Shown here: in pieces, positions 9,315 to 19,254 of the stretch
How positions within the stretch are numbered: the stretch's first letter is position 1
Layout of the letters: every line of letters starts with the position of its first letter
Assembly: GCA_965205485.1 (NCBI GenBank)
Contig: OZ242180.1
Coordinates: 2,880,001 to 2,944,000 of the forward strand
Length of the DNA stretch: 64,000 bases
Direction: 5' to 3'
Source of the DNA: Candidatus Latescibacterota bacterium
GTDB lineage: Bacteria > Latescibacterota > UBA2968 > GCA-2709665
The notes under the pieces: generated by a model
Databases searched by the model: none
What the model was told of the DNA's origin: nothing
The model's input: the letters and a program-made list of their open reading frames with translations, nothing else
Translations under genes and position numbers: made by a program

Positions 9315-10352
9315 TCAGGAGTCTTTCGCGATTTCCCTGAGCATTTTCGGCCAGGCATCCTCGGCATAGAACCGGTGGCCGCCGTCGCCGACAACAAGGT
9401 GGCAGCGGCGAGACGCGCCGGCGGCGGCATAGATTTCCTTGAGATGGCGAAAGGCCTTTCGTACGCCGGCGATGGGAAAGATACCGTCGTCCTTCCCAGC
9501 GACGAGTACGACCGGCCTGGGAGCGAAGAGCCCCATCACATCCGGCATTTCGGCGTATTTGAGCAGACCGGGCACGTAGTTGTCCGCACAGTGGTAGATT
9601 GACATGACGGAATGGCGGAACGTGCAGAAGTAGCAGGAAGGCATCGCGTAGGAAATTCTAGGCAAAAGCGCCGAGGCAAAGAGACTTACGGTCCCGCCGC
9701 CTGAGTTTCCCATGACACCGATGCGCCCGGGATGGGCATCGCCGCGTGAAAGCAGGTAGTCGATTCCCCTGTCCACGTCGTAGACGCGTTCGCCCAGCAG
9801 GGTTCTGCCAAGCATCAGGGCGTGCATGGTGGCGTCGTGACAGCCATGAGAGGATATCTTCTGCTGGACCCGCTCCCGCCGTTCGCCGAAAGAACGCTGT
9901 TCGATGCACAGGGCGGCGATGCCGCGCTTCATGCACCCGAGTCCGAAGTCCCTGTCTCCGGGAACGTCGATTGGCGCGGCATTGTTCTCCCTGTCCACCG
10001 CAATGGAGTTGTGCATTCCCGTCGAGTGTCCCTGAAGACAGATGAAAAAAGTGTAGGGCGGCTGGGCGCCCACCGGCAGGCACACGTACGCAGGAACGTC
10101 GGCGTACGGCTCGGCGGCGTACACGATCTTCTCGATACTCCCGAGCGGGTGGTCCATCTTCCATAGCGTGCGGACATCCAGGGAGACACGTTCTTCGGGC
10201 ATATCCCCTATAAGCTGACGGACCTTTCGGCGAAGTTTCCGCTGCCACGGATTGAGGTCGTCGCCGCCATACGACAGCGAAGGCTCGAGTGTGTCCATCA
10301 GGTGCCGGTGATGCACCGACGGGGAGAAGCTGAAGTCCGTCTCGGTTGCCAT
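9315..10352 (-). CDS. Alpha/beta hydrolase (dienelactone hydrolase/acetylxylan esterase-like)
   Basis: GNSGGG nucleophile elbow, APRP...G..DGIFP and GGHRFY. Confidence 0.85.
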   Translation of the reverse strand: MATETDFSFSPSVHHRHLMDTLEPSLSYGGDDLNPWQRKLRRKVRQLIGDMPEERVSLDVRTLWKMDHPLGSIEKIVYAAEPYADVPAYVCLPVGAQPPYTFFICLQGHSTGMHNSIAVDRENNAAPIDVPGDRDFGLGCMKRGIAALCIEQRSFGERRERVQQKISSHGCHDATMHALMLGRTLLGERVYDVDRGIDYLLSRGDAHPGRIGVMGNSGGGTVSLFASALLPRISYAMPSCYFCTFRHSVMSIYHCADNYVPGLLKYAEMPDVMGLFAPRPVVLVAGKDDGIFPIAGVRKAFRHLKEIYAAAGASRRCHLVVGDGGHRFYAEDAWPKMLREIAKDS

Positions 10353-10414
10353 GCGGTCGTCTCGTATCCCTTAAAACAGATCCTCAAGTGCTGTTCAGAC
10401 GCGGGGTTTCGGGG

Positions 10415-11884
10415 CTAGCCGCCTTCCGGTGCTTTCGCCCGTTGTTTCCATTCCTCGTAGTTGGGCGAAAGTGCCAGCGCGCCGTCAGGCTGAGGCACGA
10501 GTTTGCCGTTTCGGCCCCTCGGATCGCCGCGTTTTTCATTGATCCCGGCCAAACGTCTCCGCCAGACCTCGATTCGTGGTTGATGAACGGAATCCGCCGC
10601 AAGGTCGTTGCATTCCAGAGGATCGGCTTCCAGGTCGAAGAATTGTTCGGCGCCCGTATGGTGAAACCAGATGTATTTTTCGCGTCCGTCGGTAACGTAC
10701 TGCATCCCGTGTTCTTTGTCGTAACAGGTAGTGTGTTCGCCCTGTACGAACGCTCGCCAGCCGTCGTCTGCGCCCCTGGACAATTCCAGCAGGCTGAGGC
10801 CGTCTACGGATTCGGGGACGGGAACACCCGCGGCTTCGAGAAACGTGGGCATGACGTCACGCAACTCGACCGGCTGAGTCAGCGTCCGGTTACGGGGAAT
10901 CTCCCACGCTTCCGGGTATTTGAGGATGAAGGGGATTCGGGCGGAACCTTCATACGCGTACGTCTTTCGCCAGTGGTGATGGTCGCCCATCATGTCGCCG
11001 TGGTCCGAGGTGAAAAGAATGAGGGTGTTGGCCGACGCCACCGGGTCGCGCCGGCGCAATTCGTGGAGGACGCGGCCGATCTGGTGGTCGATGAACGTGA
11101 TGTTGCCGTAATACGCGGCGCGCGCGCGATGGGTTTCGGTGTCGGAGCGACGGGAGCGCGGGGCGTTCACGTCGGCGACTCGACGGTCGTACCGAGCGGA
11201 CCACGCTCCCATGGCCGCTTTGGGCACGCGTGGATTGTCGATGTACATATCGTAGTAGGTCTGCGGCGCGTCGTACGGAGAATGGGGGCGGGCGAAAGAC
11301 AACCAGAGGAAGAAAGGTTTGGTTGGGTCCCGATTCTCAAGGAACCGGATGCCCTCCGATGCCGTCCAGTGCGTGGGGTGAAGGTGTTCCGGAAGATGGG
11401 TCGGGCGGGCCATCCAGGAGTTCCAGTCGACGCTGTGGTCGCGGTAGCCGTATTCGCCGTCTTTGTGTTTGTCGAAGAAAATGTGGTAGTCGCTGATGAA
11501 GTTGCCCAATCGCCGTCCGCTCTCGTCCAGGACCATATGGTGAAAGCCGTGGAGTCTGCGCTGGGGGTGGAAGTGCATCTTGCCCACGGCCTGGGTGTGA
11601 TAGCCCGCACTGGCAAGTTCGCCGGGCAACGTTGCCGGATACTCGAGCGGGTCCGCGCCGGTCATCGCGAGACGGCCGTGGTTCCACTGGTCCATTCCCG
11701 TCAGGATGCCCGCGCGGGCCGGGGTGCAGGAAGGGACGGAGGTATAGGCGTGGTTGAAACGCGCGCCGCCCTCCGCCAGTTCATCCAGATAGGGAGTTTC
11801 GAGTACCGGGTGGCCGTCGCAGCCGAGGCAGTCGCCGCGCTGCTGGTCGGTCGTGATAAGCAGCAGGTTAGGTCTGGAAGGCAT
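10415..11884 (-). CDS. Arylsulfatase-family (formylglycine-dependent) sulfatase
   Basis: PNLLLITTDQQR, CTPAR sulfatase motif, GKMH, PHSPYD, SDHGD. Confidence 0.93.
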   Translation of the reverse strand: MPSRPNLLLITTDQQRGDCLGCDGHPVLETPYLDELAEGGARFNHAYTSVPSCTPARAGILTGMDQWNHGRLAMTGADPLEYPATLPGELASAGYHTQAVGKMHFHPQRRLHGFHHMVLDESGRRLGNFISDYHIFFDKHKDGEYGYRDHSVDWNSWMARPTHLPEHLHPTHWTASEGIRFLENRDPTKPFFLWLSFARPHSPYDAPQTYYDMYIDNPRVPKAAMGAWSARYDRRVADVNAPRSRRSDTETHRARAAYYGNITFIDHQIGRVLHELRRRDPVASANTLILFTSDHGDMMGDHHHWRKTYAYEGSARIPFILKYPEAWEIPRNRTLTQPVELRDVMPTFLEAAGVPVPESVDGLSLLELSRGADDGWRAFVQGEHTTCYDKEHGMQYVTDGREKYIWFHHTGAEQFFDLEADPLECNDLAADSVHQPRIEVWRRRLAGINEKRGDPRGRNGKLVPQPDGALALSPNYEEWKQRAKAPEGG

Positions 11885-11917
11885 ACGCACGCGGTTAGAA
11901 AGACGGGAAATCCAGGG

Positions 11918-12646
11918 TCAACTTTCGTTCAGATAAGTCGTCGAATATTGCCGTTCAACGCGACCACTGGCCAGCATGGATCCGATGACGATCAGCCAGA
12001 TCAGGAAGGCTGTACCGATCACAGAGTGGAGGTTCGTTCCCGCGTCGATCCAGATGAGCTGCATCGCGACGCCCAATACTGCCGATATCGGAGCAATCTT
12101 GCGCAGCGTACCGCCCACTTTCCACTGATACACGGAAGCCACCGCCAGCGCGACTCCGGCTGCCGAGAAACCCGCTGCGCCTGTCAGCCATCGAAGGCCG
12201 GACATCGACTCCAGCACGGACATGTCGGGAGCAGGTGAGGCGCCGGCGCCTGAAACGGTCTCGAGTGTGGGATGGATGGCGATCAGGACTGTGATCCCTC
12301 CCGAAAACGTGGTCAACGCACCCGACAACACGAACAGGCAGGGGACGGCAGACGTCGCCCATCCCCCTCGAATGATCCAGGTCCGCAACAGGAGCAAGCC
12401 CGCCCCCAGGAGCGCAATGCCGGACAACAGCCGGGCAACTCCTGAAAGGATGTACATGACCGGGCGCCGCAAAATGGCCGCCAGCGATTCGAGCAGCGTT
12501 GCCTGGTCGGCGTCGGCGGCAACCCGCGTGTAGACGAGCGCAACCGTAAAGATCACGGTGAGCAGCAAGAGGAATCCCGCCTTCCGAGCCGCGTGGTCCG
12601 GTGACTCGCTCCGTAAGGATGGCGTCGATTTGACAGAATCCGACAT
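11918..12646 (-). CDS. Integral membrane protein of unknown function
   Basis: About six hydrophobic segments; co-oriented with its neighbours. Confidence 0.65.
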   Translation of the reverse strand: MSDSVKSTPSLRSESPDHAARKAGFLLLLTVIFTVALVYTRVAADADQATLLESLAAILRRPVMYILSGVARLLSGIALLGAGLLLLRTWIIRGGWATSAVPCLFVLSGALTTFSGGITVLIAIHPTLETVSGAGASPAPDMSVLESMSGLRWLTGAAGFSAAGVALAVASVYQWKVGGTLRKIAPISAVLGVAMQLIWIDAGTNLHSVIGTAFLIWLIVIGSMLASGRVERQYSTTYLNES

Positions 12647-12745
12647 GTCTGGCAGCCTCTTGGTGGCGGCGTTAGGAAATGGAATGGGCACGAGGGAACG
12701 ATCCCGACATATCGCGATTCTTGCCACTTGCGTCCAACGGATCTC

Positions 12746-13828
12746 CTACCCCCAAACTTCCTTGAGGAATCGGACCCAGTTGCCGGAGAGGATGTTGCGA
12801 ACGTCAGGTTCGTCGTAACCGCGGCGCTGGAGGATGCCGACCAGGTTCTGAAGATCGGCAATGGTGTTGAGGTCGCGCGGGGACTGTTCCTGTCCGAAGC
12901 CGCCGTCCAGGTCCGTTCCAATGCCGGCATGCCGCGAATTGCCGGCGAGTTGGCAGACGTGATCGATGTGATTGGCTACGGTCTCGAGGGTGGCATTCGT
13001 GCTCTGGGCCCAGCAGGGAATCTCACGATTCCAGTCCGGATCCAGCATCCAGGCATCGAATGCGGCGCCGATCACGCCGCCCCGTTCAACGATGGCCGCG
13101 ATCATCTCGTCGGTAAGCTGGCGCTGGCCGGGGGTGAGTGCCCGGCAGTTGTGGTGGGAGGCGGCCACCGGTCCGTCGTAGACGTCGAGGATTTCCCAGA
13201 AGGCCTGGTCTGTGGTGTGGGTGAGGTCGACGACAATCCCCGCTTCCTTCAATGCATCGAGCAGGGGTTTGCCGCGTTCAAGGAGGCCGCCCTCGGTGCC
13301 CGTTCCGTGGCAATATGAGCTGACGCCATAGTGGGAAATACTCACCATGCGGAGGCCCAGATCGTACCATTCGGGAACCTGCGTCGGGTCCAGGATCGGG
13401 TCGGCGCTTTCCATGGCCACCACGAGACCGATGGGCGTATCCGGCGCGGGGTTTTTCCAGGCGGCCACTGTTTCGTCCAGGTCCCGTGAATTGCGGACGA
13501 TACGTACGACGCCTTCGCGTTCCATCGCCTGATAATAGGCGAGGTGGCCTCTGCCCACGCCGTGACACTGGTCCTGGCAATACATCCCGGTGCGGGTCCA
13601 ACGGTCGTTGGGGTCGGTTCGGGACATCATCGTGCCGAATATGATGCCCACGTTACCCCGGCGGAGTTCTGGAAAGGTCACGGTACAGCTGCCGAAACTG
13701 CGCATGACGGGTTCGGCGTCGTGGACGCGGACGGTCGCGGCCGGCTGCGTGAGGTCCCGGTTGACCTGAATGGCGCTGAAACCGAGGTCAAGGTGGCTGT
13801 CTGCGATAAGGTACGGGCGGTCCGGCAT
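12746..13828 (-). CDS. Membrane dipeptidase (peptidase M19) family protein
   Basis: DSHLD, ESAD, DLTH, ASHHN, GGVIG and GIGTDLDGG motifs. Confidence 0.9.
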   Translation of the reverse strand: MPDRPYLIADSHLDLGFSAIQVNRDLTQPAATVRVHDAEPVMRSFGSCTVTFPELRRGNVGIIFGTMMSRTDPNDRWTRTGMYCQDQCHGVGRGHLAYYQAMEREGVVRIVRNSRDLDETVAAWKNPAPDTPIGLVVAMESADPILDPTQVPEWYDLGLRMVSISHYGVSSYCHGTGTEGGLLERGKPLLDALKEAGIVVDLTHTTDQAFWEILDVYDGPVAASHHNCRALTPGQRQLTDEMIAAIVERGGVIGAAFDAWMLDPDWNREIPCWAQSTNATLETVANHIDHVCQLAGNSRHAGIGTDLDGGFGQEQSPRDLNTIADLQNLVGILQRRGYDEPDVRNILSGNWVRFLKEVWG

Positions 13829-13894
13829 TCGAATTCCTTGATGTAGACGGCGAAGAGGGCTGCAAGAGACGGTCCGGCGGCAAAACGGCCGGCG

Positions 13895-15028
13895 TCAGTT
13901 CCACGACTCTTTGAAAAACCGGATCAGATTCCCATGACAGATGTTGTCGATGTCTTCAGAATTGTATCCGTGTGCTTCCAGGATGTCGGGAAACCGCTGG
14001 AGGTCAACGATGGTATTGTAGTCCGTGGGCGAGAGTTCCAGGCCGAATCCACCGTCAAGGTCCGTCCCAATGGCCACGTGGCGGCTGTTGCCGGTGAGTT
14101 GGCAGATGTGGTCGACGTGTTCGACCACCGCCTTCATCGGCCGTGTGGCAGTGGTGTAATGCGTTGAAGGATCGTCCCAGTCCCAGGATGGGCTGAGCAT
14201 CTGTTCTGCGAAGACCATTCCGATGACGCCGCCGCGATCCACAATAGCCCGAATCATCTCGTCGCTCAGGTGCCTCTGGCCGCGCAGGAGCGCACGGCAG
14301 TTGCAGTGGCTGGCGTGGACCGGTCCGTCCCAGTAATCCAGGATCTGCCAGAACGTCAGGTCCGAGGCGTGGGTGAGGTCGATGACCATGCCCGCGTCTT
14401 TAAAGGCGTCCATCAGGGGGTACGCCGGCGGGTAGAGTCCGCCCACCGTGCCGGTGCCGTGGCCGTACGTGTTTGCGCCGAAGTGGGTGAGAGATACCGA
14501 TCGCAGGCCGGCGTCCCACCAGTCTCCCACCTGGTCGGGCCCCAGGATAGGGTCGGCGCTTTCGGCGGTCAGAATCAGGCCGATCGGCGTTGTGTCCGTC
14601 GGGTTGTGCCAGGTTGCCACGCATGCGTCCAGGTCGGCGGAATCCCTGATGAAGGTGATTTCGCCCCGTCGGGCGAGCGCGTTGTAGTAGTGGAGGTGGC
14701 TCTGGCCCCTCGCGTATGCGACCGACTGGGCGCGGACGGAGTTGTGGGAGTCGATGGACGGGGCCTGAACGCGCGCCATGATGGTGGAGAGCATGATGCC
14801 GACGTGGCCCTCTCGCATCTCTGGCAGGGTTACGGTCACCGTGTAGCGCTTGTCCTCCAGGCCAGCACGTCGTTCCAGCGAGTCCTTATGGGTCGACAGG
14901 CCGGCGCGAACGACGTCTTCACGTTCGCGCAGCACATGCACCGGTTGCGTGAGGTCGCGCCTGTAGAACAGAGCGTTGAAGGCCATATCCAGATGGCCGT
15001 CGATGATGAGTACCGGTTTGTCGGGCAT
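13895..15028 (-). CDS. Membrane dipeptidase (peptidase M19) family protein, paralogue of 12746-13828
   Basis: DGHLD, ESADPIL, DLTH, ASHCN and IGTDLDGGFG motifs. Confidence 0.9.
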   Translation of the reverse strand: MPDKPVLIIDGHLDMAFNALFYRRDLTQPVHVLREREDVVRAGLSTHKDSLERRAGLEDKRYTVTVTLPEMREGHVGIMLSTIMARVQAPSIDSHNSVRAQSVAYARGQSHLHYYNALARRGEITFIRDSADLDACVATWHNPTDTTPIGLILTAESADPILGPDQVGDWWDAGLRSVSLTHFGANTYGHGTGTVGGLYPPAYPLMDAFKDAGMVIDLTHASDLTFWQILDYWDGPVHASHCNCRALLRGQRHLSDEMIRAIVDRGGVIGMVFAEQMLSPSWDWDDPSTHYTTATRPMKAVVEHVDHICQLTGNSRHVAIGTDLDGGFGLELSPTDYNTIVDLQRFPDILEAHGYNSEDIDNICHGNLIRFFKESWN

Positions 15029-15171
15029 AGGGATAGTAACTCTCGAAATCGGTTTGCAAGACGACTCGGTTACAACCGCACGCCAAATTACCTTGCGCCG
15101 TCAGTCCGGGCAAGTGAAATCCATGGACCCCGGCCGACGCCGCAGCCTGTGTGCCCGATTCACCTTTTTTC

Positions 15172-15200
15172 TTGCTCGCCGCAATGGTTTTGTGGATATT
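15172..15200 (+). promoter_or_regulatory. Possible sigma70 promoter for tRNA-Pro
   Basis: TTGCTC-17 nt-GATATT about 32 nt upstream of the tRNA. Confidence 0.35.
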
Positions 15201-15232
15201 CCGAAGACACGAATTATCCTGGCACGACATAT

Positions 15233-15309
15233 CGGGGAGTGGCTCAGTCCGGCAGAGCACCTGCTTTGGGAGCAGGGGGTCGCGGGTTCGAATCCCGCCT
15301 CCCCGACCA
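15233..15309 (+). tRNA. tRNA-Pro (anticodon TGG)
   Basis: CGGGGAG/CTCCCCG acceptor stem, D-arm GCTC..GAGC, anticodon arm CCTGC-TTTGGGA-GCAGG, GGTTCGAATCC T-loop, encoded CCA. Confidence 0.97.
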
Positions 15310-15317
15310 CCAAAAAC

Positions 15318-15349
15318 AAAGGTTTACGTCAAATTGGCGTAAACCTTTT
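15318..15349 (+). terminator. Intrinsic terminator-like hairpin after tRNA-Pro
   Basis: AAAGGTTTACGTC / GGCGTAAACCTTT inverted repeat with a 5-nt loop and short T tail. Confidence 0.7.
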
Positions 15350-15964
15350 CTACAATGAGTCGTACCCACACCTGTCCAAAATCGTCTTTTCCAACCGCTA
15401 TAACGACACGGTCCACCTGCAACCGGAGCGAGGGCATCCTGCCCTCGAACTTCGCGTCACCGACCCCATTCGCGTCGAGAGACTGACAGGGCCATTCAAT
15501 CCGACTCCGGTTCTCGGAAAACACCGTGTGCGACGAGTTATCCGATCTCGAGGGCAGGATGCCCTCGCTCCCGGGAAAGCCAACCACCCCGGTCCCATAT
15601 CGGTTTCTGTCTTGGACAGTCGTGGTCAAAAGATAGGGACCTGCGTTAGTACTTCGCAACGACTTTCAAGAAAACCTGGCACTTACGCATCCAAGATCGT
15701 CTTTTTCAAACTATCTTGGACAGCAGTGAGTCGTACCGTATTCTGGCATGACTCTTTTTCGCCATTCTTATGACTTGACATGATCGACGAACGATACTTA
15801 CTTCCTTTGAGCCACTGAACGTGCGAATGTGCCTAGGTGGTGAGAGTCGCCCCCGGGTCAAACCGGGGGCGATTCCTATTTGGGATAGCACACAACTCCG
15901 AATTGATCGAAGCCCGCCCGGTGCTACGACCGAGAAACTTCCAACGGGAGTCCCCTCTCCCGAA

Positions 15965-16858
15965 TCAACCGCTGAACCGCGCTTTAAACGCCGATTTTGC
16001 TCGCTGCACGACGTCATCCGGCAGCTGACGCCCGTCGGAGATCCCGACGTTGGCGCGGATGTGATCGGGATTGGTTGAGCCGATGATGGCGGTGCAGACG
16101 TCCGGATGCGAAAGCGTGAATCGCAGTACGAATTCGAGAATGGGCATCTCACCCGCCAGGTCGGCCAGCGGGATGGATTGCGCACGGTCCCAGGGACCGC
16201 CCATGTAGTCGCCTTTGGGACGCTCCGTCTGCTGCCACACGGCATTGGAAATGGGGCGTTTGATGATGGTACCCATCCCTTGTGACTTCAAGGCGGGCAT
16301 GAGAATGGCGGCAGATTCCTGGTAGAGGATGTTGTAGGTGAATTCCTGCGTGTCGAGGGGCCAACGACGGGCCGCCGCCGCGGCCGCGGGTCCATCTGCC
16401 GAAACGCCCACAAACCGCGTCCAGCCCCTGTCCCTCGCGTCGAGCAGCGCCTCGAATGCCACCTCGTCGTCATCGTCCGGATCCGGCAGGCCGTGAAACT
16501 GTACGATATCGATTACGTCCATATCCAGCTTTTTTCGACTCTGGTCGATCGTCCGCAGAATACCGTCCCGGGTGTAGTCCCTCACGATGTGGTATTGACC
16601 GTCGGTTTCCCCCACGAAGTCGCCGCATTTCGTGGCCACGATGAATTCGTCGCGTCTGCGTGAGATGTACTTGCCGATTCGGGCTTCGCTCTGTCCGTAC
16701 ATGGCGGCCGTGTCGATGAAATTGATGCCGGCGTCCAGAACGGCATTGAGGACCTCCTCGACGCGGTCTTCGGGCATATTGATATTGCCGATCTGGGCCG
16801 CGCCATAGCCGATTTCCGATACGCGCAGTCCGGTTTTTCCAAGGGTTCGATATTCCAT
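15965..16858 (-). CDS. Aldo/keto reductase
   Basis: YRTLGKTGLRVSEIGYG, GINFIDTA.MYG.SE..IG, ATKCG. Confidence 0.93.
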   Translation of the reverse strand: MEYRTLGKTGLRVSEIGYGAAQIGNINMPEDRVEEVLNAVLDAGINFIDTAAMYGQSEARIGKYISRRRDEFIVATKCGDFVGETDGQYHIVRDYTRDGILRTIDQSRKKLDMDVIDIVQFHGLPDPDDDDEVAFEALLDARDRGWTRFVGVSADGPAAAAAARRWPLDTQEFTYNILYQESAAILMPALKSQGMGTIIKRPISNAVWQQTERPKGDYMGGPWDRAQSIPLADLAGEMPILEFVLRFTLSHPDVCTAIIGSTNPDHIRANVGISDGRQLPDDVVQRAKSAFKARFSG

Positions 16859-16870
16859 GGTGGGTCTCCT

Positions 16871-18136
16871 TCAGGACGGGTTCATTGATGTCGGCCGGGC
16901 AAACTCGCCGCGCGGGGTGCGGAAATAGGCCCAGAAAATCAGGGTGCCGAGCGCGGTAAACGCGGCGCTTGTCAAAAAGAGGGCGGGGTATCCGGCGGTG
17001 GAGATGATGTAACCGCCGCCCATCGCGATCACGGAATAGCCGATGCCCGCCATCATGGAGGAGGCGCCTGACATCGTCGCGCGCCATCGCGGTGGGACGA
17101 TTTCCTGATTGTAGACAACGAAGGCGGGACGGCGGATGGCGGCCAGAGCGACGATGTTCATAAAGCAGAAGCCCGCGGGAATCCAGTGCGGCAGCAGCGC
17201 CATGGGTATCAGCATGAGCGGCGTACAGATGGCGCTCAAAACGACTGTGGGGTGATTGCCCAACCGTCCGGTGAAAAACGGCAACATGAGGGCGGCGGGC
17301 ACGGCCAGAAGTTGTCCCGTGGCCATCAGCGTGCCGATGAGGGACGTGGGTATCTGAAGGCCGGCATCCATGTAAACGTTGAAAAAGGTACGAACGGCGC
17401 CCTCGCCGGCAACATGCAGGAGGGAGACCACCGCGATCAGCGCGATCAGTCCCAATGGGAACGGCGCATCGGATTCTTCCACGCTTTCCGTGGGTTGCCG
17501 GACCTGAGGCCTTTGCATGGAGATGAGAAGGAACAGAGCCGGAATGAGCAGGGCGGAGGCGGCCAGCAGCGTGTATCGGAACGGCGCTGGGTGATACGGG
17601 GCGACGTTCATCAACCAGGCGATCCTGCCTGGGAGTATGCCGCCGACGAAGCTTCCGAAGAAACCGGCCAGCGGAAAGAGGGCGCCCTGCATCGAGAAGA
17701 CGTGGTTGCGTTCCTTCGCTCCGGTAACCCCCATCAGATAAGGGGCGCCGTTGACGATGTAGAGGGCCACACCCAGCAGCCCAAGCGCGTTGGTCGCAAT
17801 AACAAAGACGTCTCTGGCGCCGGGGGCGACGAGCTCGGCTTGTGAGAGAAGCCCGTTTCCGACGACGGCGATACCGATACCCGCAATCATGACCCGACGC
17901 GGATCCCATCGGGCCCCCATGAAACCGGCGGGCAGACTGCAGATTGCAAAGGAGAACGCGCCGGTGGCGTTTACCAACCCGACAAACGTGGGTCCGTATC
18001 CCAGGCGGAGCAGGTACAGGTTGAGCAGCAGTGAGGTAATTCCGCCGAAAAGACAGAAGCCGAAGAGGATGGTTGCGGCGAGATACAGCCGGACGTCGCG
18101 GTTGAACAGGCGCAGCGTTTGCAGGTAGGATTGCAT
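16871..18136 (-). CDS. MFS transporter
   Basis: About 12 hydrophobic helices, LNLYLLRLG, EIVPPRWRA; ATG at 18136. Confidence 0.85.
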   Translation of the reverse strand: MQSYLQTLRLFNRDVRLYLAATILFGFCLFGGITSLLLNLYLLRLGYGPTFVGLVNATGAFSFAICSLPAGFMGARWDPRRVMIAGIGIAVVGNGLLSQAELVAPGARDVFVIATNALGLLGVALYIVNGAPYLMGVTGAKERNHVFSMQGALFPLAGFFGSFVGGILPGRIAWLMNVAPYHPAPFRYTLLAASALLIPALFLLISMQRPQVRQPTESVEESDAPFPLGLIALIAVVSLLHVAGEGAVRTFFNVYMDAGLQIPTSLIGTLMATGQLLAVPAALMLPFFTGRLGNHPTVVLSAICTPLMLIPMALLPHWIPAGFCFMNIVALAAIRRPAFVVYNQEIVPPRWRATMSGASSMMAGIGYSVIAMGGGYIISTAGYPALFLTSAAFTALGTLIFWAYFRTPRGEFARPTSMNPS

Positions 18137-18180
18137 AGATTCGAAGACCGCGACCGGGCGGTGAATTGGCGGAACGCTAC

Positions 18181-19251
18181 CTACGCAAGCAGGCGTTTTC
18201 GCCTGGCTTTGAAGGAAGCCGAGAAGCGTTTCTTCATAGGGCTTCGCGTTTCTCCGACGGGCGGATTGACGGCCAGCGCGGAGCAAAGGTCGACCATGTT
18301 GGCGGCGTCGGATATGGAGATGATCTCTTCCGCAGGCCAGCGTTTGCCAAGATTGTGGTAGTTGCCCAGGGGGAAGGCCAGGGCCCCCACAACCATGTTA
18401 TACAGGACGTACAGGGTGGCTTCGCAGACGCCGCCGCTCATCAACTGGCGCTGATAACTGAATTTGCGCTTTTTCCTGGCGAGGTCGCGCGCGGTGCTGT
18501 GCATGGCGTACTCGATCCGCGGATCGAAGACACTCATTGAATCGCCGACACGGATGACGGGGCCGCCGCCGATTTCGGCGCCGGGAAGGGCTTTGCTGGT
18601 CTCGAGCACGATAATGGGCACGCGCTTTGGAACGGTTCGGGCGCGTACGATTCCGCCCGCGCCGAGCAGACCCACCTCTTCGGCGCGTGTGAAAACGCCC
18701 CACAGGTCGGCGTCTGCTTTCTCGCGATGCAGCCGGTCCATGACGGCCAGGATCGCCGCGCAGCCTGCCAGATTGTCCGCGCCCTTTGTCAGGATGAGAT
18801 CGCCGTCGAACGCGACCGGCTTGAGGCCCCAGTAACCGAACGCGTTTTCTGGACTCGCGAGCGGACTGGCGGCACGGGCCGTGAAGGTCTTGTCGTCGCC
18901 CAGCGCCGACGTGGCCCGGCCGGTTATCTCGTTCCGTTCCGAGACGATCGTGAGTCGGCCGCCGGGGAAATGGCGTTCGTCGCATGCGCCCAGCCAGCGC
19001 GCAAAGAGGTCCCGTCCGGCGGTGTCGAGGATTTCGAAGCCCGGGTGATCCATGTGTGCGGTCAGGGCTACGGATTCCGCCCGGTCCCCCTTTGTGTACC
19101 GAAGGACGATGTTGCCGTACCGGTCTGCTTCCGCCGGAATCCCGCGCCGCCCGGCAAATTTCCGGATGAATGCCGCGACGGCGTCTTCATAAAAGGGCGC
19201 CGTGGGTAGAGACAGGACGTCGTGGAAGATTTTCCGGAGGCGTTTGTTCAA
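18181..19251 (-). CDS. M20/M28/M42-clan metallopeptidase/amidohydrolase
   Basis: AHMDHPG, ADN..G, FTRAEEVG..GA and GNYHN motifs. Confidence 0.8.
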   Translation of the reverse strand: MNKRLRKIFHDVLSLPTAPFYEDAVAAFIRKFAGRRGIPAEADRYGNIVLRYTKGDRAESVALTAHMDHPGFEILDTAGRDLFARWLGACDERHFPGGRLTIVSERNEITGRATSALGDDKTFTARAASPLASPENAFGYWGLKPVAFDGDLILTKGADNLAGCAAILAVMDRLHREKADADLWGVFTRAEEVGLLGAGGIVRARTVPKRVPIIVLETSKALPGAEIGGGPVIRVGDSMSVFDPRIEYAMHSTARDLARKKRKFSYQRQLMSGGVCEATLYVLYNMVVGALAFPLGNYHNLGKRWPAEEIISISDAANMVDLCSALAVNPPVGETRSPMKKRFSASFKARRKRLLA

Positions 19252-19254
19252 AGT

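Noticed and set aside
10346..12238. 630-aa plus-strand ORF
   Set aside because: Antisense shadow of the sulfatase and membrane protein genes.
15310..15964. Integrase or prophage at tRNA-Pro; ORFs 14976-15773 and 15324-15659
   Set aside because: No recombinase motifs or phage genes. One ORF runs through the tRNA, and neither has a recognisable domain.
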